Position numbers and translations under genes: made by a program
In this document: positions 38,858 to 49,030 of the stretch, piece by piece
Position numbering within the stretch: position 1 is the first letter of the stretch
Layout of the letters: the number at the start of each line of letters is the position of its first letter
Notes under the pieces: generated by a model
What the model saw: the letters and a program-made list of their open reading frames with translations, nothing else
Told to the model about the DNA's origin: nothing
The model's database searches: none
Source of the DNA: Gammaproteobacteria bacterium
Lineage (GTDB): Bacteria; Pseudomonadota; Gammaproteobacteria; Steroidobacterales; Foliamicaceae
DNA length: 64,000 bases
Direction: 5' to 3'
Assembly (NCBI GenBank): GCA_009844425.1
Contig: VYBN01000034.1
Span: forward strand, 55,301 to 119,300

Positions 38858-40411
38858 ATGCAAGGCGCAGTCATCAGGCAACGAATAAGTCGGCTTACCC
38901 GGCAGCAGCTTTCGGGCGGGCTCAGGGGCGTCGAGCGGGAGTGCCTGCGCGTCACCCCGGCCGGCCGGGTCGCGCCCACGCCGCATGGCGAGGATCTCGG
39001 GTCGGCCCTGACCCACCGCTATATCACCACGGACTTTGCCGAGGCGCTGCTGGAACTGATCACCCCTCCGGTGAAATCCACCCACGACGTCAGCGACTGG
39101 CTGGCGGCGCTGCACGAATTCGTCCTGGCGCAACTGGACGGCGAACAGCTTTGGACGCCCAGCATGCCGCCCGCGATTTCCTCCGACAGGCAACTTTTGC
39201 CGGCCCGGTACGGAAGCTCCAATATCGGCATGCTCAAGCATATTTACCGTCTCGGGCTGGCCAACCGCTATGGCCCGCGCATGCAGGCCATCGTGGGCAT
39301 CCATTTCAATTACTCGCCGCCGCCCGATCTATGGAGGTCGCTGCCGCACCTTGAGAGCCCGCCCTCCGGAATCGTCGCGAAGCGCTCCGCCTGGATCATG
39401 GGCCAGATGCGCAACGTGCGGCGACTCGCCTGGCTGCCCACGTATCTGCTTGGCGCTTCGCCGGCGTTTCACGACACCCTTTCACAGGTGCGCACCGCCG
39501 ACCTGAAGAAGGGGCGCAAGGGAACGCTCTATGCGCCCGACGCGACTTCGCTGAGAATGAGCAGCCTGGGTTATACCAGCGCGCTGCAGGCGGGCCTTGT
39601 GATTTCCGCCAACAGCGTTCACGAGTACGTTCGCGACCTGGAGGCGGCGGTCCATGCCCGGCATGCCGAGTACAGCAAAATCGGCGTGCGCGTGCGCGGC
39701 CGGTACCGGCAATTGTCCGACAGCGTCCTGCAGGTGGAGAACGAGTACTACTCGGCGGCGCGGCCCAAGCGCCGGATTCGCAGGGGCGAGCGCGCGGCCA
39801 CGGCGTTGCGCAGGCGGGGAGCGGAGTATCTCGAATTGCGGCTGGTCGATGCCGATCCCTTCGAGCCGCTGGGCGTCAGCGAAGCCTCCATGCGTTTCCT
39901 GGAGGCCTTTCTTCTTTACTGTCTGCTGGAGGAAAGTCCTCCGATGGCTGCCGACGAATATCTGGCCTGCGTGTCGAACCTCGACCAGACCGCCTGGCGC
40001 GGGCGCGCCAGGGGCGTTCGCCTGATCCGCAAGCGGCGACGGATTAGACTCGACAACTGGGGCCTGGAGGTGTGCAGGGCAATGAGGCCGGTGTGCGAAG
40101 CGCTGGACGGCGGGGCGGGAGGCGAATATTCGACCGCGCTCAAGGCGGCCAGGGCTTCCCTGCGCGATCCGGGGCTTACCCCGGCGGCCAGGGTGCTGGA
40201 CGAGCTCGGCGATGCGGGCTGGGACCATCAGGCCTGGGGCATGGAGAAGGCCCGACTGGCCTCGCGCCCGCCACGGGCTCGGCCCAATGCCGCCAGGCGA
40301 CGGGCCCTGAAGGACGAAGCGCCGGCCTCGCTCGCGAGGCTGCTGGCCATGGAATCCGCGCCCGAGCCCCCGTTCGACGAGTTCCTGGCCCGATATCTGG
40401 ACAAGGGCTGA
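38858..40411 (+). CDS. gshA: glutamate--cysteine ligase
   Basis: RGVERECLR, ITTDFAEALLE, GIHFNYS, ATSLRMS, QVENEYY. Confidence 0.93.
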   Translation: MQGAVIRQRISRLTRQQLSGGLRGVERECLRVTPAGRVAPTPHGEDLGSALTHRYITTDFAEALLELITPPVKSTHDVSDWLAALHEFVLAQLDGEQLWTPSMPPAISSDRQLLPARYGSSNIGMLKHIYRLGLANRYGPRMQAIVGIHFNYSPPPDLWRSLPHLESPPSGIVAKRSAWIMGQMRNVRRLAWLPTYLLGASPAFHDTLSQVRTADLKKGRKGTLYAPDATSLRMSSLGYTSALQAGLVISANSVHEYVRDLEAAVHARHAEYSKIGVRVRGRYRQLSDSVLQVENEYYSAARPKRRIRRGERAATALRRRGAEYLELRLVDADPFEPLGVSEASMRFLEAFLLYCLLEESPPMAADEYLACVSNLDQTAWRGRARGVRLIRKRRRIRLDNWGLEVCRAMRPVCEALDGGAGGEYSTALKAARASLRDPGLTPAARVLDELGDAGWDHQAWGMEKARLASRPPRARPNAARRRALKDEAPASLARLLAMESAPEPPFDEFLARYLDKG

Positions 40412-40415
40412 ACCG

Positions 40416-43160
40416 ATGCCCGCCAGCCGTAAGCGCCACCCGGCCTCGCTGCCGGCCGACAAGCGGCGCAATATCCGCTTTTCCAAGACGGAAGTTTCCT
40501 TAAGGCAGGACGTGCATCAGCTCGGCGGCCTGATTGGCGCCATGATCCAGGATCGGGGCGGCGCGGAACTTTTCGAAGCCGTTGAATCGGCGCGCAGCCT
40601 GGCGATTGCACGCCGCAACGGCGACGCCGGCGCGCACGACCGCCTGCAGGAATTGCTCGCGGGGCTGGACGACCGCCGGGCCCAGGACGTTTCACGCGCC
40701 TTCGCCACCTGGTTTCAGGCCACGAATACGGCCGAGCAACTGCACCGCGTTCGCCGCCGCCGCGCCTACCTGTACGACGCCAGCCAACCGCAACGGGGCG
40801 GCCCCGAAGCGGTATTTCAGCGGCTTCGCAAGGACGGGACGGATCTGGCGGGCGCCGTCGGACTTCTGAACACGATCCGGCTGCATCCGGTGTTTACCGG
40901 CCATCCGACGGAGCCCACGCCCACCGCGGTCCTGCGTCAGCAGCGTGAAATTGCATTGAACCTCGAGGAACTGAAGCATTCCGACGCCGCTCCCCGGCAG
41001 ATCGATGCCCTGTTGCGGTCGATGCAGCAAAAGATCACCGCAATCTGGCACTGCGAGGAACATCCCCACGAGGAAACCACGATTGTGGCGGAGTTGCAGC
41101 AGTTGCTCTATTTCGTGACTGAAGTGATCTACCCCGCGTTGCCGGACTTCTACGACTCGTTGACGGAGGCCATGGCGATCGCTTTCGGGGAACAGGCCCG
41201 GGACGCGCACATCTCGAGCCTGCTTCGCTTTCATTCGGCCATCGGCGGGGACCTCGAAGCGGATGTGGAAATCACGCCACGCTTCATGCGGCAGCTCTTC
41301 GACCGTCAGCGGCTGGCGGTTCTGAACCTGTACCGCGAAGAGTGCCTGCAGCTTGCCGAGACGCTTACCCATTCGGCCCGGCGCATCGACCCGGGGGGAG
41401 AAATCCGGCGCCGGATCAGGGTTTATCGGGAGCATTTTCCGGACATATACGCGGAACTCGGACCGGACCAGCGGGACATGCCCTATCGGCTCCTGTTGCT
41501 GCTGATGGCGGCGCGCCTGGAGGCTACTGCGCTGGACAGCGCTTTCCACTACGACTACGAGCATGAGTTGCTTGACGACCTGGAGGTGCTCACGGACGGC
41601 CTCATCGAGCAGGGAGGAATGTTCGCGGGAAGCCGGGGCGTGCAGCGGCTGGTCCGGCGCGTGGAAACCTTCGGTTTTCACCTGCTGTCGGTGGAATTTC
41701 GCCAGCGGGCCGTGGTCCTGCGCCGTGTTCTGGGGAAGGCGTTCGGCGGTAAACGGTGGGAGACCCCCGCGGCGCGGCTGAAGTGCCTGCGCCAGGCGCT
41801 GGAGCAGGACCTGGGCCGTCCGGAGGGTCTCGGCAACGAGGGCTTGCGCGCGCTGGCGGTGTTCGACGCCCTTCGTTATCTGAGGGGGCGCTATGGCAGG
41901 AAAGCGTTGGGCGGGCTGCTGCTGGGCGGCGTCAAGGAGCCGGCGGACGTGCTCGGCGCGCTGCTGCTGGCGCGCTGGGCCGGATTCGAAAGGGCCGACG
42001 GACACACGCCCCTGGACCTGATTCCGGTGTTCGAAAGCGATATGGACGCCCGCCAGTGCGCTCGCGTGCTCGGCCAGTTGCTGAAGGAACCTGCGTATCG
42101 CCGACACCTGGAGAAGCGAAACCGGCGGCAGTTCTTGATGGTGGATCACGCCCGCTCAAGGCTGGTGTTCGATCTCCCGTCCGAGCAATGGTCGATCCGC
42201 GGGCTGCAGAAGGCTGCGGTGGGGGCGGTAGCGAATTCGGGAATTACGCCGGTGCTGCTGCAGGCGCGGGGAAGCGCCTATGAGCGCAGCGGCCGCCGCA
42301 GCCTGCTGGCCGACATTCCGTCCGAGCAGCTTCAGCAACCTTTCCGGTACGCCGAGGCGGGAGAACGGGCGGGACTGCGCTATGGCATGCGGGGTATCGT
42401 ACTGCGGTCGCTGGAGCTTGCGATCGGGGAATTGTTGCTGGCGCGAGCCGGTCGCGAGGGAAAAGAGACGGCCCGGCGAGCGGAGGAATTGCTGGAATGC
42501 CTGGCCAAGGCGAGCGTGCGGGCCCACAGCGAGTTCCCCGGCGGCCCGCGCGGCATGGCCGATTATTTCGAACTTGCCACGCCGGCGGACCTGCTGGCGC
42601 GCATGCCCACCACGGCCAGGCGCAGCGGCATGCGCGAGGGAACGGCCGTGGAACTGCCCCGTCCGCTGGTGACCTTCTGCTGGGCCCAGAGCCGCAATCT
42701 CTTGCCGGGCTGGTACGGGTTCGGCGCCGGTTTTATTGACGCCATCGAAGCATTCGGCCTCAAATTCATTCGCGGACTGGCCCGCGACTGGCCCTATCTG
42801 CAAGGCATGCTCCGCGACCTGGAACTGGTACTTGCCCGGTCCGATCTCGAAATTGCCATAGGCTATTCGCGTTTGGCCGGCGACCTGCACGAAGCTTGTT
42901 TCTCCGCCATACAGCAGGAGCATGAACGAACCCTGGCCGGTCTGATGCGCATTCTTGGTCAGAAAGTCCTGCTTGAGGACCAGCCCGCCTTGCGGCGTTC
43001 GATCCGGTTGAGGAATCCTTACGTGGATCCCATCAACCTGTTGCAGGTGCGGCTTTTGTCCCGCTGGCGGGCGAACGGCCGCGTCTGTTCCGGGGAGCTC
43101 TATGCGGCGCTCAAGTCCACCGTCTACGGCATCGCCCGCGGCGTGCAGGAAGCCACCTGA
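40416..43160 (+). CDS. ppc: phosphoenolpyruvate carboxylase homologue with degenerate active site
   Basis: GHPTE, VETFGFHL, WAQSR, LPGWYG, IRLRNPYVDPINLLQV give the PEPC fold; several catalytic motifs are altered (see findings). Confidence 0.8.
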   Translation: MPASRKRHPASLPADKRRNIRFSKTEVSLRQDVHQLGGLIGAMIQDRGGAELFEAVESARSLAIARRNGDAGAHDRLQELLAGLDDRRAQDVSRAFATWFQATNTAEQLHRVRRRRAYLYDASQPQRGGPEAVFQRLRKDGTDLAGAVGLLNTIRLHPVFTGHPTEPTPTAVLRQQREIALNLEELKHSDAAPRQIDALLRSMQQKITAIWHCEEHPHEETTIVAELQQLLYFVTEVIYPALPDFYDSLTEAMAIAFGEQARDAHISSLLRFHSAIGGDLEADVEITPRFMRQLFDRQRLAVLNLYREECLQLAETLTHSARRIDPGGEIRRRIRVYREHFPDIYAELGPDQRDMPYRLLLLLMAARLEATALDSAFHYDYEHELLDDLEVLTDGLIEQGGMFAGSRGVQRLVRRVETFGFHLLSVEFRQRAVVLRRVLGKAFGGKRWETPAARLKCLRQALEQDLGRPEGLGNEGLRALAVFDALRYLRGRYGRKALGGLLLGGVKEPADVLGALLLARWAGFERADGHTPLDLIPVFESDMDARQCARVLGQLLKEPAYRRHLEKRNRRQFLMVDHARSRLVFDLPSEQWSIRGLQKAAVGAVANSGITPVLLQARGSAYERSGRRSLLADIPSEQLQQPFRYAEAGERAGLRYGMRGIVLRSLELAIGELLLARAGREGKETARRAEELLECLAKASVRAHSEFPGGPRGMADYFELATPADLLARMPTTARRSGMREGTAVELPRPLVTFCWAQSRNLLPGWYGFGAGFIDAIEAFGLKFIRGLARDWPYLQGMLRDLELVLARSDLEIAIGYSRLAGDLHEACFSAIQQEHERTLAGLMRILGQKVLLEDQPALRRSIRLRNPYVDPINLLQVRLLSRWRANGRVCSGELYAALKSTVYGIARGVQEAT

Positions 43161-43174
43161 TTGTTACTGCCGAC

Positions 43175-43279
43175 CCTCGCCTGCTCTATCACTTTCCCTG
43201 TGGAGAGACGCCATCCCTGGCTCGATTCTCGCTGTCCCTGCTCCAACGCTCTCCACAGGGAAAGTGATAGAGCAGGCTT
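43175..43279. repeat. palindromic GGA-core element, copy 2
   Basis: Perfect 29 bp inverted repeat 43179-43207 / 43249-43277 around ACGCCATCCCTGGCTCGATTCTCGCTGTCCCTGCTCCAACG. Confidence 0.92.
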
Positions 43280-43300
43280 TAGTCGAAAGCTTGCGCTCTT

Positions 43301-43411
43301 CGCCTGTCCCATTACATAGCCCTTCCAGGAGTATTGGAGGCAGGGATGCCCGAGCAAGCTCCATGGATGGATTTATGCGTCTCCGGGAAGGGCTATGTAA
43401 TGGGACAGGCG
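43301..43411. repeat. palindromic GGA-core element, divergent copy in opposite orientation
   Basis: Perfect 26 bp inverted repeat 43301-43326 / 43386-43411; core GGAGTATTGGAGGCAGGGATGCC...CCATGGATGG...CGTCTCC aligns with the reverse complement of the other cores. Confidence 0.85.
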
Positions 43412-43439
43412 CGCCAGCGGACGGCGAGCGTAGTTCGGT

Positions 43440-45929
43440 TCAGTCGCCGCGCAGTACGCTCATGAGGGGGGCGTTGAGGGCGCCGCGCACGGCAAGCATT
43501 CCGGCCAGGCCGATCAGGACGGCGCCTGCCGCCACGCCCGAGGCCAGCAGCAGCGGATCGAGGCTGTAGTCGAGTTCGAATACGCGGTCGGCAAGCAATA
43601 GCCCCAGCACGCTGGCGGCGCCCGCCCCCAGCAGCCCGGCCACGGCGCCCAGCACGCCGAACTCCACGGCGAGGCTCCGCAGTATGACCCCTCTGCGCCC
43701 GCCGAGGGTCCGCAGCACGGCCGTTTCCACCGAACGCTCGCCGCGATTCGAGCGCACAGCCGCAAGCACCACCACCACTGCCGCCAGCAGGCTGAAGGCG
43801 AACACGAATTGCACCGCCAGACCGGCGCGGTCCAGTATTCGCCGCGCCTGACCGATGATGGCGTCCAGATCGATGATGGTCACCCCGGGATAGCGCTTGA
43901 GCAGGGCCATCAGAATCTGCCCCTCTTCCTGGGGGATGTAGGCGCTGGCGATCATCGTATGCGGCAGATCGGCGGCGTCCGGCGAGAGCATGAGCTGGAA
44001 ATTCGGATCGAAGGTGTCCCAATCGACGCTGCGCAGGTTGCTGAGTTCCGCCTGCAGGGCCACGCCGCCGACATCGAAGGTCAGGCGATCCCCAAGGTCC
44101 ACTCCCAGGCGGGCCGCGGTCTGCGAGTCGGCCGACAATTCCGGCGGCCCGGCGTGCTCCTCGTCCCACCACTCCCCGCTTACCACCCGGTCGCCTTTCG
44201 GGATGCCCGCCGACCAGGAAACGTTGGCGGCGCGTTCGATGAAGCGGCGGCCTTCAGGGAACGGAAGGGGCCACTCTGCGGCGGGGATGCCGTTGATTTC
44301 CGTAAGCCGCGCCCTGATGAAGGGCAGCGCATCGGACAGGTCCGGGACGCTCTCGCCGAGCAGATCGCGCATGCCCGGCCATTCCTCGGGCGCGATGTTG
44401 ATGAAGAAGTAGTTGGGCGCGTCTTCCGGCATGGATTGACGCCAGGCGTCCAGCAGGTCGGTGCGCATCAGGCCCAGCAGCAGCACGGCCATCAGCCCCA
44501 GGCCGAACCCGGCGACCTGCGCCACGCTCTCTCCGCCGCCGCGGCGGATATTGGCCAGGCCGTGCCGCCACGCCACCCCGCCGGCGCCCCGCACGGCCGA
44601 CAGCGCCCGGACCAGCAGCCAGCCGAGCAGCATGCCGGCCCCCGCCGTCAGCGTCAGGCCCAGGCTCATCCACAGGGCCAGTTCGGCGTCGCCGGCCAGA
44701 AGCGCGACAATGAGCAGGATGGCCGCGACCGGCGCGCCCTGGCGCAGCAGCAGTCCCGGCCCGCGCATGGGCAGGTCTTGCCGGAGAACGCGCAGCGGTG
44801 AGGTCCTCGCCAGGCTGCGCAGCCAGGGGACGACGCAGGCGCCGGTGACCGCGATGGCGATCGCCGCCCCGGGCAGCAGGCTGCGCAGGCTTGCCGGAGG
44901 CAGGGCCAGATTGATGACTTCGCGCGCGTAGGCCGAAAGCGCGAGGTGGGCGGCGTAGCCGGCAATGCTGCCCAGGCCGATTCCCAGCGCCGACACGATG
45001 AGGACCGGGATCAGGCAGCGTCGAAAGACCTGGCCCTGCGTGGCGCCGAGGCATTTCTCCAGCGCCGCGGTCACCAGCCGCCGGCGCGTATAGCTGCGCG
45101 CGGCGAGGACGGTGGCGACGGCCGACAGGATCACGCTCACAAGCGCGGCCAGCGCCAGGAAACTTCCCGCCCGGTCCACGGTGGAAGCGAGGGTCTGACT
45201 CGCCTCCTCGAGGTTCTGGATGCGCTCGTCGGAACGCAGCCCGCCTTCCTCGGCCGCGCGGAATTCAAGCACAAGGTCTTTTTGCCCGGCGAACAACTGA
45301 CGGTAGGAGACCCGGCTGCCGGGGCGCACCACGTCCATCTCGGGAACGTCCGCCAGGTTGGCCAGCACCGTCGGGCCGAGCTGCTGAAAGCCGGTTCCGG
45401 GATCCGGCCGGTAGCGCAACACGCGCGTCGCGCGCAGGTCCCTGGAGCCGACCCGCATGATCGCTCCCACGTCGATGTCCAATTGCGCAAGCAGGGCTGC
45501 GTCCACCCATGCTTCCCCCGGCGGTGGGATGCCTTCCGCGACGGTGGCGGCGCCATAGGGTTCCGCCGAAGTGCGGACCTCGCCGCGCAACGGATAGTCG
45601 CCGGTGACCGCCACCACCGAACTCAGGGCGGTCATCTCGCCGGCCACCGCCACCGTGGCGAAGGACCAGGTCTCGGCGCTTTGCAGGGAATAGGCGCCAG
45701 CGCGCTCGAGCCGGCCGGGGTCGGGCCGCACCGGGGCGGCGACGGCCAGGTCGGCCGCCAGCACTTCCGCCGCCTGCTGCCGCACTGCCGCGCTTATGCG
45801 CTCGGTCAGAAAACTCACCGCGGCGACCGCCGCCACCGAAACGGTGAGCGCCGAGAGCATCACGGTAAATTCGCCGGCGCGGAGTTCGCGCAGCCATCTC
45901 CGCCATCGCGTGGAGTGTGTAACGGTCAT
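43440..45929 (-). CDS. ybbP: ABC transporter permease, YbbP-like (two FtsX-type domains)
   Basis: RELRAGE, YPLRG, GSRVSY, PNYFFINI, LRTLGG. Confidence 0.85.
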   Translation of the reverse strand: MTVTHSTRWRRWLRELRAGEFTVMLSALTVSVAAVAAVSFLTERISAAVRQQAAEVLAADLAVAAPVRPDPGRLERAGAYSLQSAETWSFATVAVAGEMTALSSVVAVTGDYPLRGEVRTSAEPYGAATVAEGIPPPGEAWVDAALLAQLDIDVGAIMRVGSRDLRATRVLRYRPDPGTGFQQLGPTVLANLADVPEMDVVRPGSRVSYRQLFAGQKDLVLEFRAAEEGGLRSDERIQNLEEASQTLASTVDRAGSFLALAALVSVILSAVATVLAARSYTRRRLVTAALEKCLGATQGQVFRRCLIPVLIVSALGIGLGSIAGYAAHLALSAYAREVINLALPPASLRSLLPGAAIAIAVTGACVVPWLRSLARTSPLRVLRQDLPMRGPGLLLRQGAPVAAILLIVALLAGDAELALWMSLGLTLTAGAGMLLGWLLVRALSAVRGAGGVAWRHGLANIRRGGGESVAQVAGFGLGLMAVLLLGLMRTDLLDAWRQSMPEDAPNYFFINIAPEEWPGMRDLLGESVPDLSDALPFIRARLTEINGIPAAEWPLPFPEGRRFIERAANVSWSAGIPKGDRVVSGEWWDEEHAGPPELSADSQTAARLGVDLGDRLTFDVGGVALQAELSNLRSVDWDTFDPNFQLMLSPDAADLPHTMIASAYIPQEEGQILMALLKRYPGVTIIDLDAIIGQARRILDRAGLAVQFVFAFSLLAAVVVVLAAVRSNRGERSVETAVLRTLGGRRGVILRSLAVEFGVLGAVAGLLGAGAASVLGLLLADRVFELDYSLDPLLLASGVAAGAVLIGLAGMLAVRGALNAPLMSVLRGD

Positions 45930-46002
45930 CGCGGCGGGAACTTTCGCATATACTGCACGCCCGCTCAAGGCAAAGCCGAAGTGTCAGGGGGCGCTGCACT
46001 TT

Positions 46003-48171
46003 GTGAAAGCCTGTTTCCCGCCTTTCCTCCTGGCGGCCGCCGCGCTTGGCGCCTGCGCTGCCGAGGACCCGCAAATGCCCAAAGACCAGACAACCGTCGA
46101 GCCGCCGGTCGCGGACCGCCGCCCCTACTCCTACAGCCATCACGGCGTCACCATCGAGGACCCCTACCACTGGCTGAGGGACCGGAGTTACCCTCAGGTC
46201 GACGACCCGGACATCCTGGCCTATCTGGAGGCGGAAAACGACTACTTCGAGAGCGTGATGGCGCCACGCAACGAGCTGGTGGACACCCTGTTCGAGGAAA
46301 TCAAGGCGCGCCAGAAGCCCGACGACTCCGGCGTCCCGTTCAAGGACGGGGACTGGCGCTATCAATGGCGTTTCGAGGAAGGCGGGCAATACCGCATCTG
46401 GCTGCGCTGGCCGGCGGGGGATGCCGAATCGCCGGACTCTCCCGGCGCAAACGCCGAAATCATATTGGACGAACCGGAGCTGGCCGCCAAGCATGATTAC
46501 TTCCGCCTCGGCGCGCTGTCGGTCAGCCACGGCGGCGACCTGCTCGCCTACAGCACCGATACCGACGGCTCGGAGCGTTACCGGCTGTTCGTCAAGGACC
46601 TGAAGACCGGCGAGTTGCTGGAGGACGCCATCGAGAACACCCTGGGCGGCGCGGTCTGGGCGGCGGACGATTCCGCGTTGCTGTATGTGGTCGTGGACGA
46701 GAACTGGCGTCCCTACCAGGTGCGAAGGCATGTGCTGGGCCAGCCCGTGGAAAGCGACTCCGTCGTTTATGAAGAGCACGATCCAGGATTCTTCGTGCGC
46801 CTGTCGGAATCGGCCTCCGAGCATTACATATTGATCCACACCTCCGGGCATACGTCGTCCGAGGCCTACGTCATTCCCGCCGATGCAAGCGACGCGGCAC
46901 CGCTGCCGGTGGCGCCCCGGCGCGCCGACCATGAGTACTTCGTGGACCACCAGGAGGACCGGTTCGTTATTCGCACCAACGACCGGCACAGGAACTTCCG
47001 CCTGGTGACCGCTGCCGGCGATGATCCATCCGAGCCCAACTGGACGTCGCTGCTGGAGGGATCCGCGGAGCTCTACATTCGCGGATTCGCCGTCTTTGCC
47101 GATTTCATCGCGGTAGTGGAGCGAACCGACGGCCTGAACGCCATCCGGCTGATCGGGAGGGACGGGACCACGACCCACGTGGACCTGCCGGAATCCGCCT
47201 GCTCGGTGGGCCTGGGCGACAATGCGGAGTTCCTCACGCGAACGTTGCGGCTGGAATATTCGTCCATGATCACGCCGCCCACCGTTTTCGACTACCGGGT
47301 CGATTCGGGCGAACTCATGGCCCTCAAGGTTCGCGAGATTCCCAGCGGCTACGCGAAGGAGCAGTATCTGACCGAACGGCTGATGGCGCCGGCCCGTGAC
47401 GGCGCGGAGATTCCCGTGTCGCTCGTACGCCGCAAGGACACGCCGGCGGACGGCGGCGCGCCGTTGTACCTGTACGGATACGGCGCGTACGGGTTTGCCG
47501 TTCCGCCCTCATTCTCCACCAGCCGGCTGTCGCTTCTGGACCGGGGCTTTATTTATGCGATCGCCCACATCCGCGGCGGTGACGATCTCGGCTACCACTG
47601 GTACGAAGCCGGCAAGCTTGATCGGCGCGTCAACACCTTCAACGATTTCGTGGACGTGGCGCGCTTTCTGATCGACGCCGGCCACGCAGGGAAAGGCCGC
47701 ATCGCCATAGCCGGCGGCAGCGCCGGCGGTGAACTCATGGGCGCGGTCGTCAACCAGGCCCCCGAGCTGTGGGGCGCGGTGGCGACTCACGTGCCGTTCG
47801 TTGACGTGCTCAATACCATGCTGGACGAATCCCTGCCGCTTACGCCCACGGAATGGCCGGAGTGGGGCAATCCGATCGAGGACAAGGCCGCGTTCGAGCT
47901 GATCCGGTCCTATTCCCCGTACGACCAGTTGGTCGCCCGCGAGTATCCGCCGATGCTGGTGACTGCCGGCCTGAACGATCCGAGGGTGACCTACTGGGAA
48001 CCGGCCAAGTACGTCGCCAGGCTCAGGCGGCTGAAGACCGGCGACAGCCCGCTGTTGCTGAAGACCAACATGGGCGCCGGCCATGGCGGCATGTCCGGCC
48101 GCTATGACTCCCTCTACGAGGTTGCCGAGGAATACGCTTTCATGCTCTGGTCGCTGGGGCTGGCCGACTAG
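46003..48171 (+). CDS. ptrB: oligopeptidase B (S9A), probable lipoprotein
   Basis: DPYHWLRD, YGYGAYG, GGSAGG, DPRV, GAGH; LGAC lipobox if the start is GTG 46003. Confidence 0.92.
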   Translation: MKACFPPFLLAAAALGACAAEDPQMPKDQTTVEPPVADRRPYSYSHHGVTIEDPYHWLRDRSYPQVDDPDILAYLEAENDYFESVMAPRNELVDTLFEEIKARQKPDDSGVPFKDGDWRYQWRFEEGGQYRIWLRWPAGDAESPDSPGANAEIILDEPELAAKHDYFRLGALSVSHGGDLLAYSTDTDGSERYRLFVKDLKTGELLEDAIENTLGGAVWAADDSALLYVVVDENWRPYQVRRHVLGQPVESDSVVYEEHDPGFFVRLSESASEHYILIHTSGHTSSEAYVIPADASDAAPLPVAPRRADHEYFVDHQEDRFVIRTNDRHRNFRLVTAAGDDPSEPNWTSLLEGSAELYIRGFAVFADFIAVVERTDGLNAIRLIGRDGTTTHVDLPESACSVGLGDNAEFLTRTLRLEYSSMITPPTVFDYRVDSGELMALKVREIPSGYAKEQYLTERLMAPARDGAEIPVSLVRRKDTPADGGAPLYLYGYGAYGFAVPPSFSTSRLSLLDRGFIYAIAHIRGGDDLGYHWYEAGKLDRRVNTFNDFVDVARFLIDAGHAGKGRIAIAGGSAGGELMGAVVNQAPELWGAVATHVPFVDVLNTMLDESLPLTPTEWPEWGNPIEDKAAFELIRSYSPYDQLVAREYPPMLVTAGLNDPRVTYWEPAKYVARLRRLKTGDSPLLLKTNMGAGHGGMSGRYDSLYEVAEEYAFMLWSLGLAD

Positions 48172-48992
48172 GGACTGGCGCGGCGCTTGACGCCGGTTTC
48201 GCTAAGTATGGTGCTGGAGATTTCCTCGATGGAGCGATGCGTCGTGTCGATGTAGCTGATGCCGTGCTGCCTGAACATTCTCTCGGCGCTGCGCAGTTCG
48301 AAACGAACCTGCCTCGATGAGGAATAGCTGCCGTCCGGGCGCCGTTCGCGGCGGATCTGGATCAGGCGGTCCACCGAAATCGTGAGTCCATAGAGCTTCC
48401 GGCGATGCTCGAGAAGTGGCTTGGGCAGCCGGCCCGATTCCATGTCGTCCTCGGTGAGAGGGTAGTTGGCGGCGAATACGCCGTATTGCAGCGCCAGGTA
48501 CAGGCAGGTGGGCGTCTTTCCCGACCGCGAAACCCCGGTAAGTATCAGGTCGGCCTCGTCGTAGTGGATGATTCCGTGGCCGTCGTCGGAATCCATCGCG
48601 AAGTGGGTCGCGTCAATCCGGGAGTTGTAGCTGGACGCGTCCGACATCCCGTGCGTTCGCCCCAGGGTATGCGAGGACTTGACCCCGAGCTCCTCCTCCA
48701 GCGGCGCCAGGAATTCCGCGAAATAGTCCAGAACCAGGCCCCTGGAGCGCAGCAATGGCGCGCGGTTGGCGTTATGCACGAAACTGGTGAAGACGATCGG
48801 CCGGCAGCCGGTGCGTTCGGCTTCCCAGTCAATCCGCTTCGCCACCTGGACCGCCTTCTCGACGCTGTCGACGAACGGAACCGTAATCGGCACGAAGGTG
48901 ATTCCGTCGAACTGCGTAAGGAGGCTGTGGCCCAGCGTCTCGGCGGTGACGCCGGTGCGGTCGGACACGAAAAATACCGTGCGCTCTGCCAT
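48168..48992 (-). CDS. ppsR: PEP synthase regulatory kinase/pyrophosphorylase
   Basis: [23 protein letters not shown]; divergent from ppsA. Confidence 0.92.
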   Translation of the reverse strand: MAERTVFFVSDRTGVTAETLGHSLLTQFDGITFVPITVPFVDSVEKAVQVAKRIDWEAERTGCRPIVFTSFVHNANRAPLLRSRGLVLDYFAEFLAPLEEELGVKSSHTLGRTHGMSDASSYNSRIDATHFAMDSDDGHGIIHYDEADLILTGVSRSGKTPTCLYLALQYGVFAANYPLTEDDMESGRLPKPLLEHRRKLYGLTISVDRLIQIRRERRPDGSYSSSRQVRFELRSAERMFRQHGISYIDTTHRSIEEISSTILSETGVKRRASP

Positions 48993-49030
48993 ACTACGCT
49001 ATCGGGTTTGGGGGCGAGCGGGAGTATAGC

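Noticed and set aside
43184-43272. CTCTATCACT / AGTGATAGAG resembles a tet operator half-site
   Set aside because: The half-sites are far apart, belong to a variable repeat arm, and no tetR is nearby; likely chance.
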